Positions 39,279 to 49,570 of a stretch of 64,000 nt of DNA are shown here, piece after piece (positions within the stretch are counted from its first letter, which is position 1; each line of letters opens with the position of its first letter). Below the pieces are notes generated by a model, which saw only the letters and a program-made list of their open reading frames with translations, was not told where the DNA came from and did no database searches. A program made the translations under genes and the position numbers. Source of the DNA: Nitrososphaerota archaeon (GTDB lineage Archaea > Thermoproteota > Nitrososphaeria_A > Caldarchaeales > Calditenuaceae); assembly GCA_041641295.1 (NCBI GenBank), contig JBEPYO010000001.1, forward strand, positions 384,001-448,000, given 5' to 3'.

Positions 39279-40985
39279 ATGAGACTGACTGTACTAGTGT
39301 TAGCTGTAATGCTCGTTTTATCTCAGCTGGCTTTAAGCTATGGGCAGGGTGAAAGCCTCACTGTTAGAGTTTTTGACATTTCTGGGAGCCCTCGTGGAGG
39401 TATAGAGCTGAGGCTATCCAACTCCACGTTTACTAGGATGTTTGAGACAACGGCGCAGGGTGTTGCGGAGTTCAGGCTCATCGCACCCGGAGTATATAAT
39501 CTTTCAGCCATCGTAGACGGTGTAGAGGTGGCTCAAGCAACTGTCTCTTTCCCAGCACAGACCCAGGTAAATCTTACACTCATGGTGCAGAATGTAGAGG
39601 TGCTGGTATACGATTTAGATGGGAGACCGGCTAGCGGTGTAGCGATTGAGCTTAGATCGGAGAATGGGCCGGTTATACGCAGGGGCTCAACAGACCCTAA
39701 CGGCAAAATCTCGATACGCGACCTGCCCTTCTCAAACCTATCCAAAGTAGGCCCATACAGGGTACTTGGTAAGCTGGGGGATGTTGCTGTCCTTAACACG
39801 TCCATAATTGTGTCTCCACAGGTCTCGGAGTATCGTCTGACCGCTGAGATCGTCAGGGTGGGGGTAAATATTCTTGACTACAGGGGCGGGGCCGTGAATG
39901 TAACTCTGAGGCTAAGCTCTGAGGCTCTAAACTTTTCCACATCGCTTGCGGCTGGGCGGACATATAGTATTCCCTCATCAAGGATTGCCGGTCCATACAT
40001 TATAGAGGCCTCTAAGCGATATTCCCCACAAACACCGGAGATACTCCTACTCAAGGAGACGGCTTTACTGGAAAGGAGCCAGAACCTAACATACGTGCTT
40101 GACCTCTCAGACATAGTGGTTGTAGTGAAGGACGACGCTGGGTCGGCAGTTAGGGGCCTCAGGGTCGTCATAGAGTCTGAGAAGCTTGGCGTGCTAGGCT
40201 CATCGACAACCAATACTGGCGGAGAGGTTACATTCTCTGCAATACCCTTTAGCGAGGGGCGGCCTGGTGCAGGAATCTACCGCATATCTGTGTCCAAGGG
40301 CGGTATCCAGCTTAGTGCAATGGATGTAAACTTGGTTCCCGGCTCTGAGAGGGTTACAGTGACTGTGAATCGTGTTGAGACCTTGTTCTACATCCAGAAT
40401 CCCCGGGGGCAACCTCTTCCCAATGCAACCCTCACACTGCTAGACCCAATAACGAGACGGGTTTACACTGCGACGAGCGATGCTGAGGGGAGGGCGACAC
40501 TACACCTGATCCAGGGAGTGCACCAGTATTCCGTATCTTACATGGGTGTAGAGGTGGCTAGTGGGGAAATGAACACAACAGAGACGCGGGTATTGATACA
40601 AGCCACTAAAGTTGATATAGAGTTTAGGGTACGGGTCCGGGACTGGGCTGGAAATATCTTGAGAGACGCTAGGATCTCTATAGTTTGGAGGGGGCAGGAG
40701 CTTCAGGGCGAGAGGCAGGATGACGGCTCTATACAGGTAAGAGTCCCCGTAGCGGGCGAGGTCCAAGTTAATGTCTATCTCGACGGCACTCTTGTAGAGC
40801 GGAGGCTGGTCTGGGTGAGCTCGCCCATGTTGTTTGAGGTTAGGATTAGGGGGGTGCTTATGGGTGGCAGGCTGGTTGACGTTGAAACTGTCTCCTCCGT
40901 CGTAGCCGGTGTTCTACTAGCCCTCTCTGCAGCCTCAATATTCATACTGTGGAGGCGTAAGGCTTCTCGTGCCACAGCAAGCTAG
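39279..40985 (+). CDS. Cell-surface protein with tandem carboxypeptidase-regulatory-like (transthyretin-fold) repeats
   Basis: Signal peptide, repeated V.D..G.P...T...G units, C-terminal TM plus basic tail. Confidence 0.8.
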   Translation: MRLTVLVLAVMLVLSQLALSYGQGESLTVRVFDISGSPRGGIELRLSNSTFTRMFETTAQGVAEFRLIAPGVYNLSAIVDGVEVAQATVSFPAQTQVNLTLMVQNVEVLVYDLDGRPASGVAIELRSENGPVIRRGSTDPNGKISIRDLPFSNLSKVGPYRVLGKLGDVAVLNTSIIVSPQVSEYRLTAEIVRVGVNILDYRGGAVNVTLRLSSEALNFSTSLAAGRTYSIPSSRIAGPYIIEASKRYSPQTPEILLLKETALLERSQNLTYVLDLSDIVVVVKDDAGSAVRGLRVVIESEKLGVLGSSTTNTGGEVTFSAIPFSEGRPGAGIYRISVSKGGIQLSAMDVNLVPGSERVTVTVNRVETLFYIQNPRGQPLPNATLTLLDPITRRVYTATSDAEGRATLHLIQGVHQYSVSYMGVEVASGEMNTTETRVLIQATKVDIEFRVRVRDWAGNILRDARISIVWRGQELQGERQDDGSIQVRVPVAGEVQVNVYLDGTLVERRLVWVSSPMLFEVRIRGVLMGGRLVDVETVSSVVAGVLLALSAASIFILWRRKASRATAS

Positions 40986-40986
40986 G

Positions 40987-42015
40987 TTATCTGTGCCTGA
41001 CTCGGGGATCGATGAGTGGTGTTAGGAGGTCTAGTATAAAGACAGACAACGTTATTACAATACATGAGATGAGAGCTATCGCTGCTAGCAGGTTATAGTC
41101 GAAAGCTGTGATGGCCCTGTAGATGAGGTATCCCATGCCTGGGTAGGTGAAGAGAATCTCGGTTATGAGGGCTCCACCGAGTATCTGGCCCATCTGGAGG
41201 GTCAGGAGCGTAATCTGTGTAAGGCTGACCTCGCCCCAGAGATGCCTCCTCCTAATCTCGCTCTCCCTCACACCCATGAGCCTGATGAATTGGATATGAT
41301 CCTCAGCTATTTTCACTCTGGTGGCTGAGTAGGCGCTGAGGAAAAACCAGCCGAGGCTCGCGGGGATTATGAGGGAGAGGGCTGGCAGGGCGGCATGGTA
41401 AAGTATGTTGAGGACAAGTGACAGGTTGTGTAGAGGGTCTTCGGTCAGGCGTGGAGGGACTACGCTAACCCCTCCGCCTAGAGGGAAGATAGGCACCAGG
41501 TATGCGAAGAGGAAGATTAGTACGAGGCCGAAGAGGTAGTATGGTATTGGGTATAGCACGGATGATAACCCTATCAGGAGCTTGGAGAGGCTTTTCGAGG
41601 GGGCAGAGCCTGAGAAAATACCCATTAGGGTCCCGGCAAGCCATGAGATGATTATGCTCATGGAGAGTAGACCTATTGTCCATGGAAGCGCCCTCAGAAT
41701 CAGCACAGATACAGGTGTTGGGAAGCTAACTAGTGATGGTCCGAAGTCGAAGGTGAAGAGTCTCCTCCACACCTCGAGATAGTGTGACCATAAGTCGCCT
41801 TCAAGCCCGTAAAAGCTGAGCCAAGCATTTCGAAGCCTCTCAGCCTCCTCTGGGTATCGTATAATGCCGACTTGGAAGGCCTGTTGGAGGCGGGCCTCAA
41901 CCGCGCCTAACGGCGCTAGCCGTAGAATAATGAAGATGATATTGATTCCTAGGAAGAGGTTGAGCCAAGCCGCTAAGACCCTCTGCCAGATGTACTTCCA
42001 ACTTATTGGCGCCAT
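40987..42015 (-). CDS. Dpp/Opp-type ABC permease (DppB-like), second copy
   Basis: DFGPSL..FP.PV, ALPWT, GALITEILFTYPGMG, DPRVR. Confidence 0.9.
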   Translation of the reverse strand: MAPISWKYIWQRVLAAWLNLFLGINIIFIILRLAPLGAVEARLQQAFQVGIIRYPEEAERLRNAWLSFYGLEGDLWSHYLEVWRRLFTFDFGPSLVSFPTPVSVLILRALPWTIGLLSMSIIISWLAGTLMGIFSGSAPSKSLSKLLIGLSSVLYPIPYYLFGLVLIFLFAYLVPIFPLGGGVSVVPPRLTEDPLHNLSLVLNILYHAALPALSLIIPASLGWFFLSAYSATRVKIAEDHIQFIRLMGVRESEIRRRHLWGEVSLTQITLLTLQMGQILGGALITEILFTYPGMGYLIYRAITAFDYNLLAAIALISCIVITLSVFILDLLTPLIDPRVRHR

Positions 42016-42119
42016 ATCTTCACATGCTTCTCCACTTCTAGGTCAAGCATTTCAAGTATATTTCAATGTATCAACTCTTATATTTTACATGAGATTCTTA
42101 ATCACTGCGGTGTTTAGTC

Positions 42120-43196
42120 TTGGAGGATGTTAGGGTTGGAGTAATAGGTGTTGGCGGGCATGGCAGGGGAAGACACCTCATACCCCTCACCCGAACGCCT
42201 GGGGCAAGAGTGGTAGCTGTCTGCGACACCAATCCTGTAACGCTTGAGAACGTATGCAGGGAGTTTCACCTCGCAGGGTACTCGGACTTCAGAGAGATGA
42301 TTGAGAGGGAGAGTTTGGAGGCTGTAAGCATAGCCACTCCCTCCGGACTCCACCACAGAATTGCTCTGGAGTGTCTCAGGAAGGGGGTCCACGTACTGGT
42401 CGATAAACCTCTCGGAGCAAACCTCCAAGAGGTGGTCGAGGTAGTGAAGGCGGCGAAGCATCATAATAGAGTGCTTATGGTCGGGTTCTGGTCGAGGTTC
42501 TCGCCCGCCCTCAAGTACGGGGTAGAACTCTACGAGTCGGGCAGCCTTGGGGAGCCCTACTACGCGTATGGATACCTCGTGAGGCGGAGGGGGATACCGG
42601 GCAAGCCAACCTTCATCGACAGGGAGCTCTCAGGCGGCAGAGGTGTGCTCCTAGACATAGGCTGCTACATGCTCGACAACATACTGGCACTGACAGGCTT
42701 CCGAAAACCGGTGGCCGCCAGTGGCGCGGTCTACACGAAGTTTGGAAGGAACCCTGAGGAGGTAAAGTTTAACTGGGGGTCATGGAATCCTGACCAGTTC
42801 GAGCTCGAGGACTTCGCCGCAGGGTTTGTGAGGTTTGAGGATGGTTTAACCCTGTGCATAGAGACGGCCTGGGCTGCTAACGTCTCACATAGGGGGGAGG
42901 TGGGTAGACTGAGGGTTTTAGGCGACAAGGGCGGACTAGAGGCTGAAGGACATGAAGCACTCCAAGACATAGGGTTCTACTCAAGGACGTCAAACTTCTT
43001 AACCGACGCTAAACCCGTCCTCCCCAACGTAGACCTCCCCCTCGAGATGACAAAGGCCTTCATCAGGTCGGTTCAGGAAAAAACTGAGCCGCCTGTAACA
43101 GGCTGGCAGAGCATCATACTACACGCCATAATAGACGCCATCTACGAGTCATCCAACACGGGAAGAGAAACAAGAATATCTCTCCCAACAGTCTAG
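42120..43196 (+). CDS. Gfo/Idh/MocA oxidoreductase
   Basis: GVIGVGG.G, ATP...H, VDKP, GG.GVLLDIG. Confidence 0.9.
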   Translation: MEDVRVGVIGVGGHGRGRHLIPLTRTPGARVVAVCDTNPVTLENVCREFHLAGYSDFREMIERESLEAVSIATPSGLHHRIALECLRKGVHVLVDKPLGANLQEVVEVVKAAKHHNRVLMVGFWSRFSPALKYGVELYESGSLGEPYYAYGYLVRRRGIPGKPTFIDRELSGGRGVLLDIGCYMLDNILALTGFRKPVAASGAVYTKFGRNPEEVKFNWGSWNPDQFELEDFAAGFVRFEDGLTLCIETAWAANVSHRGEVGRLRVLGDKGGLEAEGHEALQDIGFYSRTSNFLTDAKPVLPNVDLPLEMTKAFIRSVQEKTEPPVTGWQSIILHAIIDAIYESSNTGRETRISLPTV

Positions 43197-44173
43197 TGTT
43201 TCTCATCAGAGTAGAGCCAGCAGGCCACTTCCACTCCACCACTAGTTCTTATCAGCGGCGGCGCCTTCTTTCTACAGATCTCCATAACGTAGGGACACCT
43301 GTCTGCAAACTTGCAGCCCGGTAGAAGATATTCCTCAACATCCGTTACCGCCACCTTAATCCTCCCAGCCCACTTCCTGTCAACCCTGGGTATTGAGTCG
43401 ATGAGGAGCTGGGTGTAGGGGTGGAGCGGCTCCCTGAAAATGGCCTCAGCCTCTCCAACCTCCGCGAATGACCCCTTATACATCACCGCTATCCTGTCGC
43501 TGATGTAGTAGGCTGTGGCTAGGTCGTGTGTAATGTAAATGAAGTTGATTCCTAAGTCTTCTTTGAGCTGCTTGAATATGTTTAGGATACCCATCCTGAG
43601 GGAGGCGTCAATCATTGAGACAGGCTCATCCGCCACAATTAGCTTCGGCCTCGGAATGATCGCCCTGGCTATTGATAGTCTCTGGACCTGGCCGCCTGAG
43701 AGCTCGTAGGGGGACCTGTCTGCGATGTCCGGTGAGAGTCTCACAGCCTCGAGGGCTTGGTTCACCCGCTCCACAGCCTCATCCCTGTCCTCGACACCAG
43801 CCACCTTGACCGCGGTATGGATGAGGTATGGGTACACCTTCCTGAGGGGGTTGAAGCTCTCAAAAGGGTTCTGGAAAACCGGCTGAACGACCCTAGGCAG
43901 CCATCTGCTCCTCTCCTTTGAAGAGAGTTCTAACACCTGCTTACCCAGAATCTCAATTCTTCCAGACGTTGGCTCTATGAGGCTCAGAATCATTCTAGCA
44001 AGCGTCGTCTTGCCACAACCGCTCTCGCCAACGATCGTGAATATGCTGGCAGAGTCTCCTCCAAGCGTAAAGGAAACATCATCAACCGCCCTGAACTTTT
44101 TCCCAAAAAATATACCGCCGGTCTTGAATACTTTTGTGAGATTCTCGACCTTAAGTATGCTGTTCTCTCTCAT
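43193..44173 (-). CDS. Dpp/Opp ABC ATPase (DppF-like)
   Basis: GESGCGKT, LSGGQ, DEP, HPYT, C-terminal Cys motif. Confidence 0.94.
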   Translation of the reverse strand: MRENSILKVENLTKVFKTGGIFFGKKFRAVDDVSFTLGGDSASIFTIVGESGCGKTTLARMILSLIEPTSGRIEILGKQVLELSSKERSRWLPRVVQPVFQNPFESFNPLRKVYPYLIHTAVKVAGVEDRDEAVERVNQALEAVRLSPDIADRSPYELSGGQVQRLSIARAIIPRPKLIVADEPVSMIDASLRMGILNIFKQLKEDLGINFIYITHDLATAYYISDRIAVMYKGSFAEVGEAEAIFREPLHPYTQLLIDSIPRVDRKWAGRIKVAVTDVEEYLLPGCKFADRCPYVMEICRKKAPPLIRTSGGVEVACWLYSDEKH

Positions 44174-45160
44174 CTATGCCTTCCCCTCCAAGAGCCAGCA
44201 GGCCACCTCTCTGTCTCCGAGCTTGAGGAGTGGCGGCTCCTCCCTCGAACACTTCTCCATCCTGTAGGGGCATCGTGGATGGAATCTACAGCCAGGGGGC
44301 GGGTTGGCGAGGCTGGGCGGGAGGCCTGAAAGCCCCTCAAGCCTCTTAGACCCACCTATGCGTGGCAGAGAGTTGATAAGGCCCTCAGTGTAGGGGTGGA
44401 GGGGTTCTTTAAACACGTCATCAGTCTTGCCAACCTCTATTATCTTCCCCGCATACATGAGGGCTATCCTATCCGTCACCTGATAGTGAAGACCCATATC
44501 GTGCGAAACGAGAATAAATGAGGTTCCATACATCTCTCTGATTTTCTGTATCATCTCCACAACTCCCCTCTGGTAGACGACGTCGAGGGCAGAGGTTGGC
44601 TCGTCAGCAAGCACAATGCTCGGGTTCATTATAGTTGCGAGGGCGATTACAGTCCTCTGACGCATGCCTCCGCTAAGCTGGTGTGGATAGGAGTTTAGTA
44701 TGCTCTCGCGGAGACCAAGCTCCCGTAGCCTGTCCTTAACTTGCTGAAGAGCCTCCTCCTTCCTAACCCCTCCATACTTCTGGAAAATCTCCAAGAACTG
44801 GCTCCTAATCCTTGAAGTTGGGTTAAGAACGGACATCGAGCCCTGGGGAATGTAGGAGATTACCCTAGCCCTCATCTCTCTCAGCTTATCCTCGCCTATA
44901 CTGTAGAGGTCAACCATCTCCCCATTTGTCGCCTGAAGCCTTATCGTACCTGATAACACCCTCAGAGGCGGAGTCACATCCCTGTATATCGTCCTCATCA
45001 GAGTGGTTTTTCCACACCCCGACTCGCCAGCCAGCCCCACTATCTCACCCTTCTTCACATATAGGCTGACATTGTCCACCGCCCTCACCCTAATACCGTT
45101 TCCGAAAACGTAGTGGGCGGTAACGCCCCTGCAATCTAATACAAGATTGTTCATCGACAT
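44174..45160 (-). CDS. Dpp/Opp ABC ATPase (DppD-like)
   Basis: GESGCGKT, YPHQLSGGMRQR, DEPTSALD, GCRFHPRC. Confidence 0.94.
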   Translation of the reverse strand: MSMNNLVLDCRGVTAHYVFGNGIRVRAVDNVSLYVKKGEIVGLAGESGCGKTTLMRTIYRDVTPPLRVLSGTIRLQATNGEMVDLYSIGEDKLREMRARVISYIPQGSMSVLNPTSRIRSQFLEIFQKYGGVRKEEALQQVKDRLRELGLRESILNSYPHQLSGGMRQRTVIALATIMNPSIVLADEPTSALDVVYQRGVVEMIQKIREMYGTSFILVSHDMGLHYQVTDRIALMYAGKIIEVGKTDDVFKEPLHPYTEGLINSLPRIGGSKRLEGLSGLPPSLANPPPGCRFHPRCPYRMEKCSREEPPLLKLGDREVACWLLEGKA

Positions 45161-45170
45161 CCTATGACTT

Positions 45171-46091
45171 TCACCCCCTCGCCTGCCACCTAAGACGTGG
45201 ATTAGAATAGTCCGAGATGCCTTTCGAGATTAGGAAGAGGGAGACGAATATGAGTATTATCGTTATAACTGGTGAGATGAGCCACCACCAGAGACCCCTG
45301 AATAGCGCCGAGTAGTTGAGTGCCCAATATATCATGACTCCGAGTGTCGCCTCGCTAAGTATTGAGACCCCTATTACGGCCAGCGCCGCCTCGCTCGATA
45401 TTGCGAAGAGCACTGTATTCGTCAGGTTTACTAGATGCCAAGGGAGGATGAAGGGTAGATAGTCCCTGAAAACACGTCCCAAGACACCATAGCCTGAGAA
45501 GATTGATGTCGCAATAAAGTCCCGCTCACGCAGAGATAGCACCATAGCCCTGACCTGCCTAGACGGCCAAGGCCAAGAGAAGATACTTATAATCAGGCCC
45601 ATGAGGGGGATAGTCATCACATCCCTCAATAAGACTGCGAGCAGAATAAGAGTCGGGAGTGAGGGTATAACCACGAAGGAGTCTGTCAAAATCATGAGTA
45701 TTCGGTCAGCCAGCCCACCCCTCGCCCCCGCTAGCATACCGAGAATAAGACCAACGTGCGAGGCAACCATGGCAGTTATTAGACCAATAATCAGAGAATT
45801 CTTGATGCTCCACGTCAGAAGCCAGAATACATCCTGCCCGTTCGTCGTCGTGCCTAGGGGGAACTCTAGGCTCGGCGGCTTGTTAGGTGGAACAAGATAC
45901 CAGCGCCTGGGGTCGAAGGGTGAGAACGAGCTGACAGCAACACCTAGGACAATCGTCACCGTAAATATGATCAGCCCGACTCTGAATGCGCGGCTCGTCC
46001 TGAAAACTTCGAGGAAAATACTTGAGAATCTTGCAAGACTTATACCAAGAAATCTTAATGCGTCAACCCCCGTGCGCGGAATTAGGGTCAA
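45171..46091 (-). CDS. Dpp/Opp ABC permease (DppC-like)
   Basis: PLGT...GQD, LSLRERDFI, TLG, WWW..P. Confidence 0.92.
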   Translation of the reverse strand: MTLIPRTGVDALRFLGISLARFSSIFLEVFRTSRAFRVGLIIFTVTIVLGVAVSSFSPFDPRRWYLVPPNKPPSLEFPLGTTTNGQDVFWLLTWSIKNSLIIGLITAMVASHVGLILGMLAGARGGLADRILMILTDSFVVIPSLPTLILLAVLLRDVMTIPLMGLIISIFSWPWPSRQVRAMVLSLRERDFIATSIFSGYGVLGRVFRDYLPFILPWHLVNLTNTVLFAISSEAALAVIGVSILSEATLGVMIYWALNYSALFRGLWWWLISPVITIILIFVSLFLISKGISDYSNPRLRWQARG

Positions 46092-46097
46092 CTTGCC

Positions 46098-47105
46098 TCA
46101 CCTATACCTTACAGTGGGGTCTATTAATGGGTAGAGCAGATCGAGCAGAAGCGTGGCGAGCGAGACACCGAGGATGGATAGCAGAGATATTCCCATTATC
46201 ATGTTGTAGTCATTGTTTATTATCGCTTGGTATAATAGACGACCTAGGCCCGGGTATGCGTAGACAACTTCGGTTAACAGTGCTCCGCTGAAGATTCCAC
46301 CGAGCGCAAGTCCTAAGGCTGTGGTTTGGGGCATGAGGATGTTCCGGATCAGGTAGCGCCTCAACACAATGCTGTTGGGCAAACCCTTTAGCTCGGCGTA
46401 TCTTACATAGTCTTCAGTTTTCTTCTGGCTTGTCAGTGTGAAGGAGGAGAGGAACCACCACCCCAATGCTCCTGGGATAATAATGGATATTGCTGGGAGT
46501 GCCGCGTGCTTTGCCAAGTTCAAAACTAGGTCTAGGCTGAATCCAACCCCAACAATAGTTATCCCACCACCAAGCGGGAAGATAGGTATCAAGAATGCGA
46601 ATGTGAACATCAGGACTAGGGCGAGGATGAAGTAGGGCACCGGGTAAAGGACAACGGCCATGCCTGTCAAGACCTTTGAGAATTTCTTTTGACTGAAGAA
46701 GCCTGAAATTGTCCCAATTATGTTTCCAAGCGTCCAAGAGATAAGTACAGAGAATGTAAGTAGGCCGAGGGTCCAAGGTAGCGCGATGCCTATCAACGTG
46801 GCTACGGGGGTTGGAAAGCTCATTATTGATGGACCCAAGTCTAGTGTAAGCAATCGGCGCCAGACGCCTAGATATTGCTCAACTGGGTTTCCCCTCAGGC
46901 CATATAGCTCGTATAACGTCTGTCTTAGACTCTCAATTGCAGTCGGGTCGTAAAACTGTCCAATCGAGTAGATGAAACCTATCTGTGCCTCGACGGGGTT
47001 GTAGGGGAGTAGTCTTGGTATTACGAAGACTACTGTTACGCCTATCACAACGGTAAGTGCAAAGGCCACAATTCGTGAAGCAATGAATATAAGCAGCTTG
47101 CTCAA
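46098..47105 (-). CDS. Dpp/Opp ABC permease (DppB-like)
   Basis: DLGPSI..FPTPV, EDYVRYAELKGL, GALLTEVV.AYPGLG. Confidence 0.92.
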   Translation of the reverse strand: MSKLLIFIASRIVAFALTVVIGVTVVFVIPRLLPYNPVEAQIGFIYSIGQFYDPTAIESLRQTLYELYGLRGNPVEQYLGVWRRLLTLDLGPSIMSFPTPVATLIGIALPWTLGLLTFSVLISWTLGNIIGTISGFFSQKKFSKVLTGMAVVLYPVPYFILALVLMFTFAFLIPIFPLGGGITIVGVGFSLDLVLNLAKHAALPAISIIIPGALGWWFLSSFTLTSQKKTEDYVRYAELKGLPNSIVLRRYLIRNILMPQTTALGLALGGIFSGALLTEVVYAYPGLGRLLYQAIINNDYNMIMGISLLSILGVSLATLLLDLLYPLIDPTVRYR

Positions 47106-47185
47106 GTGCCCCCGTTAATTTAAGAATGACAGCTTGAATATATATGTTGCATGATAAATCGAAAAATAGAAAAATTCTGAGATGT

Positions 47186-49396
47186 TTACTGGGCTGGTCT
47201 CCTCCGACCTAGTGCTCTGCCAACAGCGATACCGACGACGAGTAATACAATTCCAACAGCCGCAGCAACTCCAGACAGCATTCCCCAGTCAACGGCAGTT
47301 ACGGTCTGCGTCTGCACTTGTGTGACAACCTGTGTTCTCAGCTCAGTTACACGCTGGGTTACTGTCTCTCTCAACGTGACGGTTGTAACACCAGCAGCCG
47401 GTGGAGGACCGCCTACTAGGCTCTGCCACTCGGCCGCAGAGGCAATCTTGACGAGTGGTGTGTTGGCAACTTGTAATGGCTTCGGATCCATTATCGCATC
47501 CTTAGTCGGCGCTCTGCCTGTCGGCTTGACCTTCAGTATAACGAAGAGGTGCTGGCTCCACCATGAGACGGGATCCATGTAGTAGTTTTCTGGGAATGTT
47601 GGCCAGTTCTCCCAAGCATATCCGTCTTGGAACGTGTAGAATGGTGTCGGGAAGAATCCGAGCCAAGGCAGGTCTCTAACCCAGATCTTCAATGCCTCCC
47701 TGTAGAGCTCGAAGGCTCTCGGAGAGCTTGGATCCGTCCTCTCGAGCTCATCAACTATTCTATCAAGCTCTGGGATGGGGGCATCTTTAGTGTTCCAGCC
47801 TGTCCCGTGACCGCCCTCACCCTTCTTCTGGACCCAATACTTGCTACTCCATCTGTTGAACCAGTTGGCGTACAGGTCGAGTATCTGGCTGCAGCCAGGC
47901 CAGAAGGTGCCTACTTGGAAGTCGCCTATGCTGTATGAGGTAGAGAATGGCCCCGACTCTAGTGGAGTCACCTTAACATCGATCCCGAATGCCCTCCACT
48001 GGTCTGCGACTAGGAACGCTATCCTCTGGCTCTCCATCTCGAAGCCTGAGGTGGTCTTAATCTCTATCGTCCACGGAGTACCATCGGGCAATAGCCACTT
48101 GCCGTCAGGACCTCTCTTGAATCCTTGCGCTGTTAGAAGCTGTTCGGCCTTAGCTAGGTCTTGCTTCCAGAATCCGAGCACAGGATACTTCTCGACCCAC
48201 CACGCGTTGTTCTCCCTAGCTATGTCGAGGACCAGTTCTGGGTCATATCCATACTGTTTCAGGTAGTCTAGCAGTGGTATATAGTATGTCTCGATGTCTG
48301 CTGCGTGGGGTATGACTGGGAGGGCAGCAGGTGTTGGTGTGGACTTGTCGATTCCTACGAATGCTCGATATATCGTTCTGTAGTCGATTGCATAGGCTAG
48401 AGCCCATCTTACCTCCCTCTTATCGAAGGGCGGAGTCTTTGTCTGGAAAGCGATACCCTTCACACAGGGGTCAAGCGGCCATGCGAATGGCGCGCTAGCC
48501 CTCCAGCCCTTCAGATACGGGTTATTCTTTATGACGAGCTCCGCCTGCTCGGGAAGCAAAGTCCTCAGAGCGTCCAACTCGTGCTTAGTCATAGCTAGAG
48601 CCTTGGCCTCGTCTGGGCCATGGTTGATGTAGAGGACATATTTCGCAGCAGGAACAACGCCGAAGACCTTTGACCCCCACCAGTTATCAAACCTCTCCCA
48701 CAGGAACCAGTTCCCTGCCGGGTCAACAGCCCTCAGGTTGTATGGGCCGGCACATGTAGGCGGATTATCCTCAAACTTCTGTGGATCCTTTCCCTGCCAG
48801 ACATGCTTAGGTAGAATCCCGCTAGCACCGTATATTATCACTGCATAGAAGTAGTGCCATCTCGGGTTCGGTGAGTTAAGCTCTATTAGAACTGTTAGCC
48901 TGTCTAGAGCCCTTGCGTCCTTTACTGACGCCTTCTCGTTTACACCTATTGGAGCGGGAGCCTCTTTAAGATATTTCAGAGTGAATACGACATCCTCTGC
49001 AGTCAAGGGCGTGCCGTCATTCCAGTACACACCATCCCGCAGCTTCACGATTAGACTGGTGAAGTCTGGCGAGTAGATCGGCGGCTCGGCCGCGATCCAG
49101 GGAATCAACATGCTGTTAGATGTGTTGATGTACCATAGGAAAGCCTTACAGAGCTGCTGATAGCCGCTCCCACCAGGCGCAATAGACGCAGGACCCACAC
49201 CAGGTGAGGCTATCGGGTTCCAGTTATTGGGGTTGGCATAGGTTCCCCAGTGGTTCTCAATTACTAGGACATCGCCCCGTGGGACACCGGCCGGCAGTGG
49301 CAGCTGGCCATAGCTAACCGGCACTGCGGAGAGGGCCAGAGCGGCAACAAGCACCAGCGCGGCGGATATAGCTATATAGGACGTTTTCCTGTTCAT
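47186..49396 (-). CDS. ABC substrate-binding protein family 5 (probably oligosaccharide-binding)
   Basis: Signal peptide, LRDGVYWNDG.PLTAEDVVFT, Thr-rich linker and C-terminal TM; ATG at 49396. Confidence 0.92.
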   Translation of the reverse strand: MNRKTSYIAISAALVLVAALALSAVPVSYGQLPLPAGVPRGDVLVIENHWGTYANPNNWNPIASPGVGPASIAPGGSGYQQLCKAFLWYINTSNSMLIPWIAAEPPIYSPDFTSLIVKLRDGVYWNDGTPLTAEDVVFTLKYLKEAPAPIGVNEKASVKDARALDRLTVLIELNSPNPRWHYFYAVIIYGASGILPKHVWQGKDPQKFEDNPPTCAGPYNLRAVDPAGNWFLWERFDNWWGSKVFGVVPAAKYVLYINHGPDEAKALAMTKHELDALRTLLPEQAELVIKNNPYLKGWRASAPFAWPLDPCVKGIAFQTKTPPFDKREVRWALAYAIDYRTIYRAFVGIDKSTPTPAALPVIPHAADIETYYIPLLDYLKQYGYDPELVLDIARENNAWWVEKYPVLGFWKQDLAKAEQLLTAQGFKRGPDGKWLLPDGTPWTIEIKTTSGFEMESQRIAFLVADQWRAFGIDVKVTPLESGPFSTSYSIGDFQVGTFWPGCSQILDLYANWFNRWSSKYWVQKKGEGGHGTGWNTKDAPIPELDRIVDELERTDPSSPRAFELYREALKIWVRDLPWLGFFPTPFYTFQDGYAWENWPTFPENYYMDPVSWWSQHLFVILKVKPTGRAPTKDAIMDPKPLQVANTPLVKIASAAEWQSLVGGPPPAAGVTTVTLRETVTQRVTELRTQVVTQVQTQTVTAVDWGMLSGVAAAVGIVLLVVGIAVGRALGRRRPAQ

Positions 49397-49570
49397 GCGG
49401 TAAGAACTGAGTATTGGAAGCATATAAATCTTTTCGGATACACCATAAATTTTACCATCCAAATCCATTCGCATGCCATGCTATTTCATGCACATCTATA
49501 GCTATAATTCTCAAAAATTATTAATAAGCACCATAATCTAGAATTTTTGCTGTGAGAGGGGAGCGCGTAT

